Part shown: positions 29,271 to 40,992 of the stretch, one piece after another
Position numbering within the stretch: position 1 is the stretch's first letter
How the letters are laid out: each line of letters starts with the position of its first letter
From: Desulfobulbaceae bacterium
GTDB taxonomy: Bacteria > Desulfobacterota > Desulfobulbia > Desulfobulbales > Desulfocapsaceae
NCBI GenBank assembly: GCA_008933635.1
Contig: WBUQ01000004.1
Span: 29,261 to 93,260, forward strand
Reading direction: 5' to 3'
DNA length: 64,000 nt
Position numbers and translations under genes: made by a program
The notes under the pieces: generated by a model
Told to the model about the DNA's origin: nothing
The model's database searches: none
The model's input: only the letters and a program-made list of their open reading frames with translations

Positions 29271-30236
29271 TCAGCGGATTCCGGTCATCATCCGGATATG
29301 GTTTTCCACCAGCAATGCCAGAACCGGATAATTGTAGCCGCCTTCCAGGATGGAAATAACCCGGCCGCCGGCAAATTTGTGAGCCAGATTGAGAATGACC
29401 TCCGTGATGAAATCGTATCCTTCAGTCGACAGATTTGTCCCCGACATCAGATCGGCAGCATGGGCATCGAATCCGGCTGACAGCAGAATCACCTCAGGCT
29501 GGAATTTTTTGAAGGCAGGGACCAGATCCTGCATGATCATTTTCTTATATTCATCATCGCCCCTGCCTGGCAGTACCGGTGAATTCAGTGTATACCCCAA
29601 CCCCTCGCCGATACCGGTCTCAAATTCGCGTCCCGTACCGGGGTAAGCGAACGAGGGGTGCTCATGAATCGAATAGTAATAGACGGTCGGGTCCTGTTCG
29701 AAGATGTGCTGGGTTCCGTTGCCGTGGTGAACATCGAAATCGATGATACCGACCCGCTCTACTCCCCATTTCCTCTGGAGATACTTCGCACCAATGGCGA
29801 CATTGTTGAAATAGCAGAAGCCCATTGCCTTGTCGACCTCGGCGTGATGGCCCGGCGGGCGCACAGCACAGAAGGCATTGTCGACGTTGCCCGACATCAC
29901 TTCATCGATGGCGTTGAGAACGCCGCCGACGGCGAGGAAGGCCGTTTCGTAAGTATCCCGGCAGATTGAATTGTCCTGGTGGTCGATATCCGGAAGTCCC
30001 ATGATACAGGCTTCCTCAAAACGCATCATATAGCGGATGTTATGCACCGCCTCAATCCAGCGCTGATCTGCGCGCTTGGCCGGGATCCGCACAAGCTTTT
30101 CCAGGAGGCCGGAAGTGGCCAGCCCTTCGACAATAACCCGGAGCCGGCCAGGAGATTCTGGATGGGAGGGGAAGGTCACGTGCTCCAGGAATCTCTCATC
30201 GTATACAAAACCAGTCTTTTTCATGGCAACCACCAT
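29271..30236 (-). CDS. Histone deacetylase-family (AcuC/AphA-like) protein deacetylase
   Basis: RPPGHHA, DFDVHHGNGTQ and EGGY motifs. The start is ambiguous (30236 or 30224). Confidence 0.85.
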   Translation of the reverse strand: MVVAMKKTGFVYDERFLEHVTFPSHPESPGRLRVIVEGLATSGLLEKLVRIPAKRADQRWIEAVHNIRYMMRFEEACIMGLPDIDHQDNSICRDTYETAFLAVGGVLNAIDEVMSGNVDNAFCAVRPPGHHAEVDKAMGFCYFNNVAIGAKYLQRKWGVERVGIIDFDVHHGNGTQHIFEQDPTVYYYSIHEHPSFAYPGTGREFETGIGEGLGYTLNSPVLPGRGDDEYKKMIMQDLVPAFKKFQPEVILLSAGFDAHAADLMSGTNLSTEGYDFITEVILNLAHKFAGGRVISILEGGYNYPVLALLVENHIRMMTGIR

Positions 30237-30290
30237 TGGTGACTAACATTCTTGTCATGTTCATGTGCCCGATATCCAGACACCCCCCTC

Positions 30291-31289
30291 TTAATCCTTT
30301 TCCCCCTGCAGGCGGACAACGATACGTCCCTTCTGCCTGCCCTGCAGAATCGACTCGATCTCGGCGTCGAGTCCCGCAAGCTGAACTTCCCGCGCCATGG
30401 CATCCAGTCCCTGCGGCTTCCACTCGGTCGCCAGTTTCTGCCAGAGAACGGTACGCTCACTGAGCGGGAAATTCTGCGAATCGATACCTACCAGTGAGAC
30501 GCCGCGCAGGATGAAGGGAAAGACGGTGAGCTGCAGATCCGGTGAGGCCACATTGCCACAGCATGTGACCAGAGCCTGCGGCAGAGTCGATCTGATGGCC
30601 GTTGAAAGAATATTGCCACCGACGGTATCGATCACCCCTGCCCAGCGCGATTTCAGCAACGGACGGCCACTGGTATCGTCGACTTCGGCCCGGCCTATCA
30701 CCTCGTTTGCACCGATATTCAGGAGAAATGCCGGATCCTTGCCGCTCGCCGCACATACCCGGTAGCCAAGCCCAGCGAGTATCGCCACTGCCATACAGCC
30801 GACACCCCCGCTGGCCCCGGTGACCAGAATCTCTCCGCGGTCCGGACCGAGGTGGGAGCTCAGGGCGTCAACCGACATCGCTGCAGTCAGTCCTGCCGTA
30901 CCGAGGATCATACTCTCCCTCAGATCGATGCCGGTTGGCAGAGGTATGATCCAGTCCGCCGGAACCCTGACATACTGGCCAAAGCCACCATCGGTATTCA
31001 TCCCGAGATCATAACTGGTGACGATCACCCGGTCTCCCGGCACAAACCGTTCGTTGTTGCTTTCTTCAACGATGCCTGCTGCATCGATGCCCGGGGTATG
31101 GGGATATTTCCTCGTCACGCCCCTGTTGCCTGAGGCTGACAGGGCGTCCTTGTAGTTCAGTGATGACCAGCAGACCCGGACCAGGACATCCCCCCGGGGC
31201 AATTCGTCGACAATTTTCTCGCGGATATGCCGGGTGAATTTCCCATCCGGTCCCTCTTCGACCACCATCGCTGTGAATGTCTTTGCCAT
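30291..31289 (-). CDS. YhdH/YhfP (AcuI-like) NADPH quinone/acryloyl-CoA reductase, MDR family
   Basis: SSLNYKDALSASGN and VTGASGGVG motifs. AGGAG lies 10 nt upstream of ATG 31289. Confidence 0.8.
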   Translation of the reverse strand: MAKTFTAMVVEEGPDGKFTRHIREKIVDELPRGDVLVRVCWSSLNYKDALSASGNRGVTRKYPHTPGIDAAGIVEESNNERFVPGDRVIVTSYDLGMNTDGGFGQYVRVPADWIIPLPTGIDLRESMILGTAGLTAAMSVDALSSHLGPDRGEILVTGASGGVGCMAVAILAGLGYRVCAASGKDPAFLLNIGANEVIGRAEVDDTSGRPLLKSRWAGVIDTVGGNILSTAIRSTLPQALVTCCGNVASPDLQLTVFPFILRGVSLVGIDSQNFPLSERTVLWQKLATEWKPQGLDAMAREVQLAGLDAEIESILQGRQKGRIVVRLQGEKD

Positions 31290-31333
31290 CTGGCCTGATC
31301 TCCTTTCGTTGAAGCCCTTCTCCACAAAGCCGC

Positions 31334-32251
31334 TCAATGAACCCTGATCGTTTCCGGCAGAAGCCCGCAGCCCTCTGCCGCCATTCTCCTTTTCACCATC
31401 GGGGCCGGCCTGGATGCTACAATCCTGCCATCCCCATTCAGTCGAATAGCCCTGATGAAGGGGTCATGGTAGAAAGTTATCCAGCTGTTATCCCGGGCGC
31501 ATTGTTTCAACAAGTCGTTCTTCTGTTCGATTGCCTCCAGCGGGAAATTATCATAGGCCATGACCCAGAGAGGATTGGTATGGCCATGGGTAGGGCAGAG
31601 ATCTCCCAGGTGGATGGCCGATTCTCCCCGTGATGAAATCTGTATCAGTTGATGGCCGCGGGTATGCCCTCCGGTATGGCGGACTGCGATACCGGGGCAC
31701 AACTCGAGATTACCAGCAACCAGGCGATAATGGCCAGCATGGCGCAGAAGGTCGAAATTTTCGGCAAGATATGTGGCCTTCGCACGACCTTTAGGATTGC
31801 TTATGTCCTGCCATTCCATCTCCTGGAAGATATGCGTCGCCCGGGGAAAGGTCAACTCCCGCTCTCCCCCGGAATTGAACATCTCGATACCGCCGGCATG
31901 ATCAAAATCGCCGTGCGTCAATACAACCAGCTCGACATCTTCCCTTGTTACCCCAAGTTGTTCCAGCTGTCGCGGGATATCCCATGACGATGCAACCTGC
32001 AGGTTCCTCTTCTGCTTTTCACTGAGCTTGTTGCCCAGTCCCGTGTCTATGACGATCAGGTTGTCCGGGGTCCTGACCAGCAGGGGATCGTTGCACATCG
32101 GGATGCAGTTGCCACCATCCACAGGATAGCGCTTCTGCCAGAGAGCTTTCGGCACCACCCCGAACATGGCGCCGCCGTCGAGTCGAAAATCACCGCCAGA
32201 CAGCCAATAGATTTCGATATCACCGACCCTGAAAGGAGATGGCCGTTCCAT
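31334..32251 (-). CDS. MBL-fold metallo-hydrolase
   Basis: LTHGDFDHAGG (HxHxDH-type motif). The start is at MERPSPF. Confidence 0.75.
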   Translation of the reverse strand: MERPSPFRVGDIEIYWLSGGDFRLDGGAMFGVVPKALWQKRYPVDGGNCIPMCNDPLLVRTPDNLIVIDTGLGNKLSEKQKRNLQVASSWDIPRQLEQLGVTREDVELVVLTHGDFDHAGGIEMFNSGGERELTFPRATHIFQEMEWQDISNPKGRAKATYLAENFDLLRHAGHYRLVAGNLELCPGIAVRHTGGHTRGHQLIQISSRGESAIHLGDLCPTHGHTNPLWVMAYDNFPLEAIEQKNDLLKQCARDNSWITFYHDPFIRAIRLNGDGRIVASRPAPMVKRRMAAEGCGLLPETIRVH

Positions 32252-32412
32252 CTGTTGTCCCTCTTCGCCAGTTTTCGCTCTGTCCCACCGGCAGCCTGCG
32301 AAGCTCAAAACATACCATCGGTGCGCCTCTGAGAGGTATTCTACTGGAAAAAGTGCAAAAGGAAACGGGAGTTCGCTTTTTCCACTTGACAAAACACATC
32401 AGGATAGGTTCG

Positions 32413-32431
32413 AGTAACATTGTTCTTTGCT
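32413..32431 (+). promoter_or_regulatory. Operator/promoter motif AGTAACATTGTTCTTTGCT (copy 1, upstream of the mmd operon)
   Basis: Identical 19-mer to 36390-36408. It is followed by ATACC, giving TGCTATACC, which resembles an extended -10. Confidence 0.5.
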
Positions 32432-32707
32432 ATACCTTTTAGACCAAAAGGATTAATGATTTATCTCATAAACGATACATATCAATAGATTGCCAATAAA
32501 TATCGAGCTATTGCGAAGAAGGGAGACATATTCGAAGGTCGAGAAACTTCAGAATTTTCGCCAACAGCCTGCTAATGATAGCCAGGCCATGATGAGCCAG
32601 ACAGTAATTATTTGTCAATACAGTAACGATGTTAAAGCAGCAGCGGCCTTGATCCGCTCCCGCCGGCAGCCACATTGTTCGTCCTGTTGAAAAGGGGAAA
32701 CCAAGAG

Positions 32708-34255
32708 ATGACCATCGACAAGCGTGAATTTTTGCGGAAGAAAAAAGAGAAGATTGCCCTTGGCGGCGGTCAGAAGAGAATCGACAAGCAGCACTCCCAA
32801 GGCAAGATGACCGCCAGAGAGCGGCTGCAGACACTCTTCGACCCAGGAACCTTCGTCGAACTCGACGCCTTTGTCAAAAACCGCTGCACCAACTTCGGCA
32901 TGGACAAACTCGATCTGGAGGGCGAATCGGTCGTCACCGGCTACGGCCAGATCGACGGCCGGCTGGTCTATGCCTTCTCGCAGGATTTCACCATCACCGG
33001 CGGAGCGCTGGGCGAAATGCATGCCAGGAAGGTGGTCAAGGCAATGGACGCAGCGGTCAAGGTGGGCGCACCGATCGTCGGCCTCAACGATTCAGGTGGA
33101 GCCCGCATCCAGGAGGCGGTCGATGCCCTCTCCGGCTATGGCGACATCTTCTACCGCAACGCCATCTATTCCGGGGTCATCCCCCAGATCTCAGCGATTA
33201 TGGGTCCCTGTGCCGGCGGCGCGGTCTACTCTCCGGCACTCACCGACTTCATTTTCATGGTCAACAAGACTTCGCAGATGTTCATCACCGGTCCGCAGGT
33301 CATCAAGGCGGTCACCGGCGAGAACGTCTCGGCCGAAGATCTGGGAGGCGCCATGACCCACAACAGCGTCAGCGGCAACGTTCACTTCATTGCCGAAAGC
33401 GATGCCGACTGTCTGGCCGCCATCCGCCTGCTGATCGGCTATCTCCCCGCCAACAACATGGAAACTCCGCCTGTTGCAGTTGTCAGTGAAGATGCCAACC
33501 GCCATATCGAGGAACTCAATTCCGTCATCCCGGACAGCCCCAATAAAGCCTACGACATGAACGAGGTTATCGGCCATATCGTCGATGCCGGATCTGTTTT
33601 CGAGTACCAACCCTATTTCGCCAAGAATCTGATCACCTGTTTGGCCCGGATCAATGGCCACTCGGTCGGTATCATCGCCAACCAGCCCCAGGTGATGGCG
33701 GGATGCCTCGACATGAACGCCGGCGACAAGGCATCCCGCTTCATCCGGACCTGCGACGCCTTCAACATTCCTCTGCTGACCATCGTCGACGTACCCGGCT
33801 TTTTACCGGGGACAAACCAGGAATACGGCGGCATCATCCGCCACGGCGCCAAGATCCTGTACGCATACAGCGAAGCCACCGTCGCCAAGGTTACCCTGAT
33901 CACCAGAAAGGCCTATGGCGGTGCCTACGTGGCGATGTGTTCGAAGTCCCTCGGCGCCGACATGGTCTTCGCCTGGCCGAGCGCGGAAGTGGCGGTTATG
34001 GGCTCGGATGGCGCCGTCAACATCATCTTCAAGAACGATATCGACAAGGCTGAGGACAAGGAAGCGATGCGACAGAAGATACTCGAGGAGTATGCCGCCG
34101 AGTTTGCCACCCCCTACAAGGCGGCGGAACGTGGCTTTGTCGACGACGTCATCGAGCCGCACACCACGCGGCAGCGGATAATCGACGCCTTCATGATGCT
34201 CGCCGGCAAGAGGGAAAAGCGTCCGGCCAAAAAGCACGGCAACATTCCACTCTAG
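32708..34255 (+). CDS. mmdA: Methylmalonyl-CoA decarboxylase alpha / acyl-CoA carboxyltransferase subunit
   Basis: 515 aa. [12 protein letters not shown] and GGARIQE carboxyltransferase signatures. It is followed by the delta, BCCP and beta subunit genes. Confidence 0.85.
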   Translation: MTIDKREFLRKKKEKIALGGGQKRIDKQHSQGKMTARERLQTLFDPGTFVELDAFVKNRCTNFGMDKLDLEGESVVTGYGQIDGRLVYAFSQDFTITGGALGEMHARKVVKAMDAAVKVGAPIVGLNDSGGARIQEAVDALSGYGDIFYRNAIYSGVIPQISAIMGPCAGGAVYSPALTDFIFMVNKTSQMFITGPQVIKAVTGENVSAEDLGGAMTHNSVSGNVHFIAESDADCLAAIRLLIGYLPANNMETPPVAVVSEDANRHIEELNSVIPDSPNKAYDMNEVIGHIVDAGSVFEYQPYFAKNLITCLARINGHSVGIIANQPQVMAGCLDMNAGDKASRFIRTCDAFNIPLLTIVDVPGFLPGTNQEYGGIIRHGAKILYAYSEATVAKVTLITRKAYGGAYVAMCSKSLGADMVFAWPSAEVAVMGSDGAVNIIFKNDIDKAEDKEAMRQKILEEYAAEFATPYKAAERGFVDDVIEPHTTRQRIIDAFMMLAGKREKRPAKKHGNIPL

Positions 34256-34272
34256 ACCCGGGAGAGAAGACC

Positions 34273-34680
34273 ATGGGAATATCCGAACTGCTGACCCAGC
34301 TGGCCGACCCCGACGCCATCAAAACCCTTTCCATTGCCCAGAAGATGACGGCAAGCCTGGTCGTCACCATGCTCGGCATGGGCATAACCTTCATCGCCCT
34401 GATCGTTCTCCAGATCATCATCAGCCTGCTGGCCAGATTCACCGCTCGGTCCACGCAGCTTCCAGCACACAAAGCTGCCGCTGCTGCTCCAGCATCCAGG
34501 CAGGAGGCCGCTGGCGCTGAAAGCGAGGACGAACTGGTCGCGGTTATCACCGCAGCAATAGCCATGTACCCGCTGCAGCCGTCAAAGACCCTAGTTATCC
34601 GGAACATCAGAAAGATCGAGACAAATATGCCGGCGTGGAACAGGACCGGTGTTCTCGATCAGATGAACAGCAGAATCTAA
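34273..34680 (+). CDS. OadG/MmdD-type small membrane subunit of the Na+-decarboxylase
   Basis: One TM (LVVTMLGMGITFIALIVLQIIISLL), an Ala-rich linker, and the DELVAVITAAIAMY motif. Confidence 0.7.
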   Translation: MGISELLTQLADPDAIKTLSIAQKMTASLVVTMLGMGITFIALIVLQIIISLLARFTARSTQLPAHKAAAAAPASRQEAAGAESEDELVAVITAAIAMYPLQPSKTLVIRNIRKIETNMPAWNRTGVLDQMNSRI

Positions 34681-34696
34681 CGACAGGAAAACGATC

Positions 34697-35098
34697 ATGA
34701 AAAAATTCAAAGTACGCGTCAATGGCAATGAATACGAGGTCGAGGTGGAGGAAGTCGGCGTATCGACACAGGAGCCTGCCCGATCATCATCCTCCCCCGC
34801 CGCCCAGCCAGCCCGACCGGCTGCGCCAGCGGTCAAGGAGGCGCCGCGTCCGGCCGTCGCAGCCGCCGTGGCAAGTCGTGAAGGTTCGGAACTGATCTCC
34901 GCCCCGATGCCGGGTACCCTTCTCGATGTCAAGGTACAGAATGGTGACCGGGTCAGCAAGGGCCAGACGCTGATGATCCTCGAAGCGATGAAGATGGAAA
35001 ACGAGATACTGGCCCCGCATGACTGCACCGTGAAAGAGATACACGCCATCAAAGGGACATCGGTCAACGCCGGCGACCCCCTGATCGTCCTGGCCTAA
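34697..35098 (+). CDS. Biotin carboxyl carrier subunit (MmdC-like)
   Basis: Pro/Ala linker and biotinylation motif ILEAMKMENEI. Confidence 0.85.
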   Translation: MKKFKVRVNGNEYEVEVEEVGVSTQEPARSSSSPAAQPARPAAPAVKEAPRPAVAAAVASREGSELISAPMPGTLLDVKVQNGDRVSKGQTLMILEAMKMENEILAPHDCTVKEIHAIKGTSVNAGDPLIVLA

Positions 35099-35116
35099 TA
35101 ATTTAAGGAGGCGAAC

Positions 35117-36277
35117 ATGTTCGAAGCACTGGCGGACTTTATCCACAGCATGGGGATATTCAACCTGACCTGGGGGCATATCCTGATGATCGGCATCGCC
35201 TGCCTGCTCATCTACCTGGCGATCGTCAAAGGCTTCGAACCCCTGCTGCTGATTCCCATCGCCTTTGGGGTACTGCTGACCAACCTGCCTCTGGCCGATA
35301 TGATGGCCGAGCCGATAATGGAAATCAAGGACAACATCATCCACACGACGCAGCCAGGCGGCCTGATGTACTACCTGTTCCAAGGCGACCATCTCGGCAT
35401 CTTCCCACCCCTGATCTTCCTCGGCGTCGGGGCGATGACCGATTTCGGCCCGCTGATCGCCAACCCCAAATCCCTGCTCCTCGGCGCAGCTGCCCAGCTT
35501 GGTATCTTCATTACTTTCATCGCCGCCGTCGGCTCTGGGCTGTTCACTGCCCAGGAGGCGGCCTCGATCGGAATTATCGGTGGCGCCGACGGCCCGACCG
35601 CCATCTTCCTTTCTTCCCGCCTCGCCCCTCACCTCCTCGGCTCTATCGCCATCGCCGCCTACTCTTACATGGCCATGGTTCCGATCATCCAGCCGCCGAT
35701 CATGCGGCTACTGACCACCAAAGAAGAACGGGCGATCAAGATGGAACAGCTGCGCGAGGTCAGCAAGAAGGAAAAGATTCTCTTTCCGATTGTCGTGACC
35801 ATCGTCGTCGCACTGATCGTCCCCCCCGCCACCTCGTTGATCGGCATGCTGATGGTGGGCAACCTCTTCCGCGAATGCGGCGTCGCCGGCCGCCTTGAAG
35901 ATACTGCGAAGAACGCCCTGATCAACAGCATTACTATCTTCCTCGGAATGTCGGTCGGAGCGACAGCGACTGCCGAAAATTTCCTTCGGGTGGAAACACT
36001 GGCCATCCTCTTCCTCGGCGTCACTGCCTTTGCCATCGGCACTGCAGGTGGAGTGCTGCTGGCCAAGCTGATGAACAAGGTCATGGGCGGCGGCATCAAC
36101 CCGCTCATCGGCTCGGCCGGGGTATCGGCTGTGCCGATGGCGGCCAGGGTATCCCAGGTGGTCGGGCAGAAGGAGAATCCGTCCAACTTCCTGCTGATGC
36201 ACGCCATGGGACCAAACGTCGCCGGCGTTATCGGCTCCGCCGTTGCGGCCGGAATTCTTCTTTCCCTGTTCAGATAA
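35117..36277 (+). CDS. Na+-translocating decarboxylase beta subunit (OadB/MmdB/GcdB family)
   Basis: 386 aa polytopic membrane protein with family-typical [13 protein letters not shown] and [14 protein letters not shown]. Confidence 0.9.
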   Translation: MFEALADFIHSMGIFNLTWGHILMIGIACLLIYLAIVKGFEPLLLIPIAFGVLLTNLPLADMMAEPIMEIKDNIIHTTQPGGLMYYLFQGDHLGIFPPLIFLGVGAMTDFGPLIANPKSLLLGAAAQLGIFITFIAAVGSGLFTAQEAASIGIIGGADGPTAIFLSSRLAPHLLGSIAIAAYSYMAMVPIIQPPIMRLLTTKEERAIKMEQLREVSKKEKILFPIVVTIVVALIVPPATSLIGMLMVGNLFRECGVAGRLEDTAKNALINSITIFLGMSVGATATAENFLRVETLAILFLGVTAFAIGTAGGVLLAKLMNKVMGGGINPLIGSAGVSAVPMAARVSQVVGQKENPSNFLLMHAMGPNVAGVIGSAVAAGILLSLFR

Positions 36278-36389
36278 AAGGAACGACGCTTCTGGGTTTT
36301 TCGGCACTGGCAAAGGTACCAATTGGCCTCCCCTCACCCGGTTCGCCTTTGCCCTTGACATTTTCCCCCCAGTGGCATACAAATGCAGT

Positions 36390-36408
36390 AGTAACATTGT
36401 TCTTTGCT
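36390..36408 (+). promoter_or_regulatory. Operator/promoter motif AGTAACATTGTTCTTTGCT (copy 2, upstream of tetR-epimerase-mutase-meaB)
   Basis: Identical 19-mer to 32413-32431, 166 nt upstream of the TetR start. Confidence 0.5.
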
Positions 36409-36573
36409 CCAGCTTCATTACTTGTAGTCACTGGCCAAGAGGTATTTCTTATCTCCGATCATCGTTTTTCAGATTTTTTATTCTAATTATCAATATGTTT
36501 CGTTTTTTTCAATTGCCATAGCATTACTCCCGCCCTTGCCGGAGCTTGCACTTTTCAAACCGAGTCAACCTGA

Positions 36574-37218
36574 ATGAAAGAAAGTACAGTAACGCTGTTA
36601 AATGAACTGAACCCGGAAATTCACCAACGCCTTGAAAAGGCAGTTCTCGAGGTGTTTTCCAATTCCGACTTCCACAAGGCCAGCATCAGGGATATAGCCA
36701 GCCGGGCCGGCGTCAGCTTTACGACGATCTACAAGCATTTCGGCAGCAAAGAACGCCTGGTCTTCGCCTTTGTCGATATCTGGATGGGCAAACTGACCGA
36801 TCGTATAGTCGACCATCTTCAGGGTATCGAGAATCTCAAGGAAAAGCTGCGCAAGGTTTTCTGGCTGCAGCTCGACTATTACGAACGACATCAGGGGTTG
36901 GGTAAGATCGTCTTCATGACACTCCCGATGAAAACCTGGATGGCCGACGAAACCTTCAACCAGCGGCGGATGATGGACCTGCTGATCAGCGTCCTGCGCC
37001 AGGGACAGGAGGAAGGCGTCCTCAATTCCGACGTCCGGGCCGGCACCCTGCTCGATTTCCTGATGGGATTCGTTCAGCGCAGCTTCTTCATGTGGATACT
37101 GCGCGGCCAGAAAGAAAGCCTCTCCGAACAGGCCAACACCATGTTCGAGATGGTCTGGCGCGGCATGGCCAATCCCCAGGCTTCCGCCAGACAAGATTCC
37201 AAAATTACCGAGAAATAA
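36574..37218 (+). CDS. TetR/AcrR family transcriptional regulator
   Basis: N-terminal HTH: FHKASIRDIASRAGVSFTTIYKHFGSKERL. Confidence 0.9.
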   Translation: MKESTVTLLNELNPEIHQRLEKAVLEVFSNSDFHKASIRDIASRAGVSFTTIYKHFGSKERLVFAFVDIWMGKLTDRIVDHLQGIENLKEKLRKVFWLQLDYYERHQGLGKIVFMTLPMKTWMADETFNQRRMMDLLISVLRQGQEEGVLNSDVRAGTLLDFLMGFVQRSFFMWILRGQKESLSEQANTMFEMVWRGMANPQASARQDSKITEK

Positions 37219-37275
37219 CCGTCGATCCTGCGCGGCCGAGAGGCCTCAATCCTAATCCCCCACATGGAGACGCAA

Positions 37276-37680
37276 ATGAAGATACTGAAAATCGATCATC
37301 TTGGCATCGCCGTCAACAGCATGGACGAAGGAAAGACATTCTGGTCCGATATCCTCGGCTTGAAATTCGAGGGGGCGGAAACCGTTGCCGAACAGAAGGT
37401 GACCACCGCCTTCTTTCCGGTCGGCGAGAGTGAGGTGGAGCTCCTCGAATCCACTTCCCCCGACGGGCCGGTGGCCAAGTTTATCGAAAAGAAGGGCACA
37501 GGCTTTCAGCATGTCGCCTTCAGGGTGGAAAACATCGATGAGGCTCTTGCCGAACTGAAGGCCAAGGGTATTCAGCTTATCGACCAGGAGCCGCGAAAAG
37601 GTGCCGGCGGCGCCCGGATCGCCTTTCTCCATCCCAAGGCAACAGGCGGTGTACTGGTCGAACTCTGCGAACGATCCTAA
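37276..37680 (+). CDS. Methylmalonyl-CoA epimerase (VOC family)
   Basis: MKILKIDHLGIAV...GFQHVAFRV...HPK..GGVLVEL. GGAGA lies 6 nt upstream of ATG 37276 (ORF-track start 37264). Confidence 0.85.
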   Translation: MKILKIDHLGIAVNSMDEGKTFWSDILGLKFEGAETVAEQKVTTAFFPVGESEVELLESTSPDGPVAKFIEKKGTGFQHVAFRVENIDEALAELKAKGIQLIDQEPRKGAGGARIAFLHPKATGGVLVELCERS

Positions 37681-37707
37681 CTGCGACAGCACATCAGGAG
37701 GTACACC

Positions 37708-39849
<2,142 letters not shown>

Positions 39850-39867
39850 CGAATCGTTTGACAGGCA

Positions 39868-40962
39868 GTGAGCGGTGCCGGCGGAAGTGAGAACCCGCCG
39901 GCACCTTCTCCTCCGGCAATCCTTCAACAACGGACTGCCGGTTTCCGACCCCTACCACAACGACCATCCGTGAACGATGTTCAGTACTATATAGAAGGCA
40001 TCCTGCAACAAAACAGGCTCGTCCTGGCCCGCACCATCACCCTGATCGAAAGCAGCCTGCCGGCACACCAGGAAATGGCCAGGAAGGTTATCGACCGCCT
40101 CCTGCCCTACACCGGCAAATCGTACCGCTTGGGCATCACCGGTGTGCCGGGTGCTGGCAAAAGCACTTTCATCGAGGGTTTCGGCACCATGCTGACCGAT
40201 CTCGGTCACCGCGTGGCCGTGCTCGCCGTTGATCCAAGCAGCAGCCGCAGTGGCGGCAGCATCCTTGGCGATAAGACCAGGATGGAAAAACTGGCTGTCA
40301 ATGACCGGGCCTTCATCCGGCCTTCCCCATCCCAGGGGACCTTAGGCGGTGTTGCCCGCAGGACAAGGGAGACCATGCTGGTCTGCGAGGCGGCCGGTTA
40401 TGACGTGATCATTGTCGAGACTGTCGGTGTCGGGCAATCCGAGACCACGGTGGCCTCGATGGTCGATTTCTTCCTGGTGCTGATGATCGCAGGCGCCGGC
40501 GATGAACTTCAGGGTATCAAAAAGGGGGTCCTCGAGGTCGCCGATGCCATCGTCATCAACAAGACGGACGGTGATAATATCCATCGGGCCAAGATGGCGC
40601 AGAAGGATTACCAGGCCGCCCTGCATCTGCTGATGCGCTCCGATCCAGTCTGGTCGCCACCGGTTCTGACCTGCAGTTCACTGGAAATGACAGGGATGGA
40701 GGCCGTCTGGCAGACCATCAACGACCACCGGACCGCCCATAATGATGCGAACATGCTGGAGGCAAAACGAAAAACGCAGTCACTCGACTGGATGGGATTT
40801 CTCCTGGACGAGGGGCTGCGCCAGTGGTTCTATGAAAATCCACAGATCAAGGATCTTCTGCCACACCTGCGCGATGAGGTGTCAGCCGGGAGGCTGTCAC
40901 CGACCGCCGCTGCCGATCAATTGCTGGGATGCATCAGGGGGCACGATTCCACACATTCCTGA
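39868..40962 (+). CDS. meaB: Methylmalonyl-CoA mutase-associated GTPase MeaB/ArgK
   Basis: GVPGAGKST P-loop, and IVETVGVGQSE and NKTD motifs. The start is uncertain (GTG 39868, or an in-frame GTG near 39970). Confidence 0.9.
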   Translation: MSGAGGSENPPAPSPPAILQQRTAGFRPLPQRPSVNDVQYYIEGILQQNRLVLARTITLIESSLPAHQEMARKVIDRLLPYTGKSYRLGITGVPGAGKSTFIEGFGTMLTDLGHRVAVLAVDPSSSRSGGSILGDKTRMEKLAVNDRAFIRPSPSQGTLGGVARRTRETMLVCEAAGYDVIIVETVGVGQSETTVASMVDFFLVLMIAGAGDELQGIKKGVLEVADAIVINKTDGDNIHRAKMAQKDYQAALHLLMRSDPVWSPPVLTCSSLEMTGMEAVWQTINDHRTAHNDANMLEAKRKTQSLDWMGFLLDEGLRQWFYENPQIKDLLPHLRDEVSAGRLSPTAAADQLLGCIRGHDSTHS

Positions 40963-40992
40963 TACCGCCCGCCGCTAAGACTGGCAGACGTC

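Noticed and set aside
36373-36387. Sigma54-like TGGCAT-N-TGCA upstream of the TetR operon, and a similar TGGCATATGAATA at about 50311
   Set aside because: The GG to GC spacing is one nucleotide short of the strict -24/-12 geometry. No enhancer-binding protein gene is nearby.
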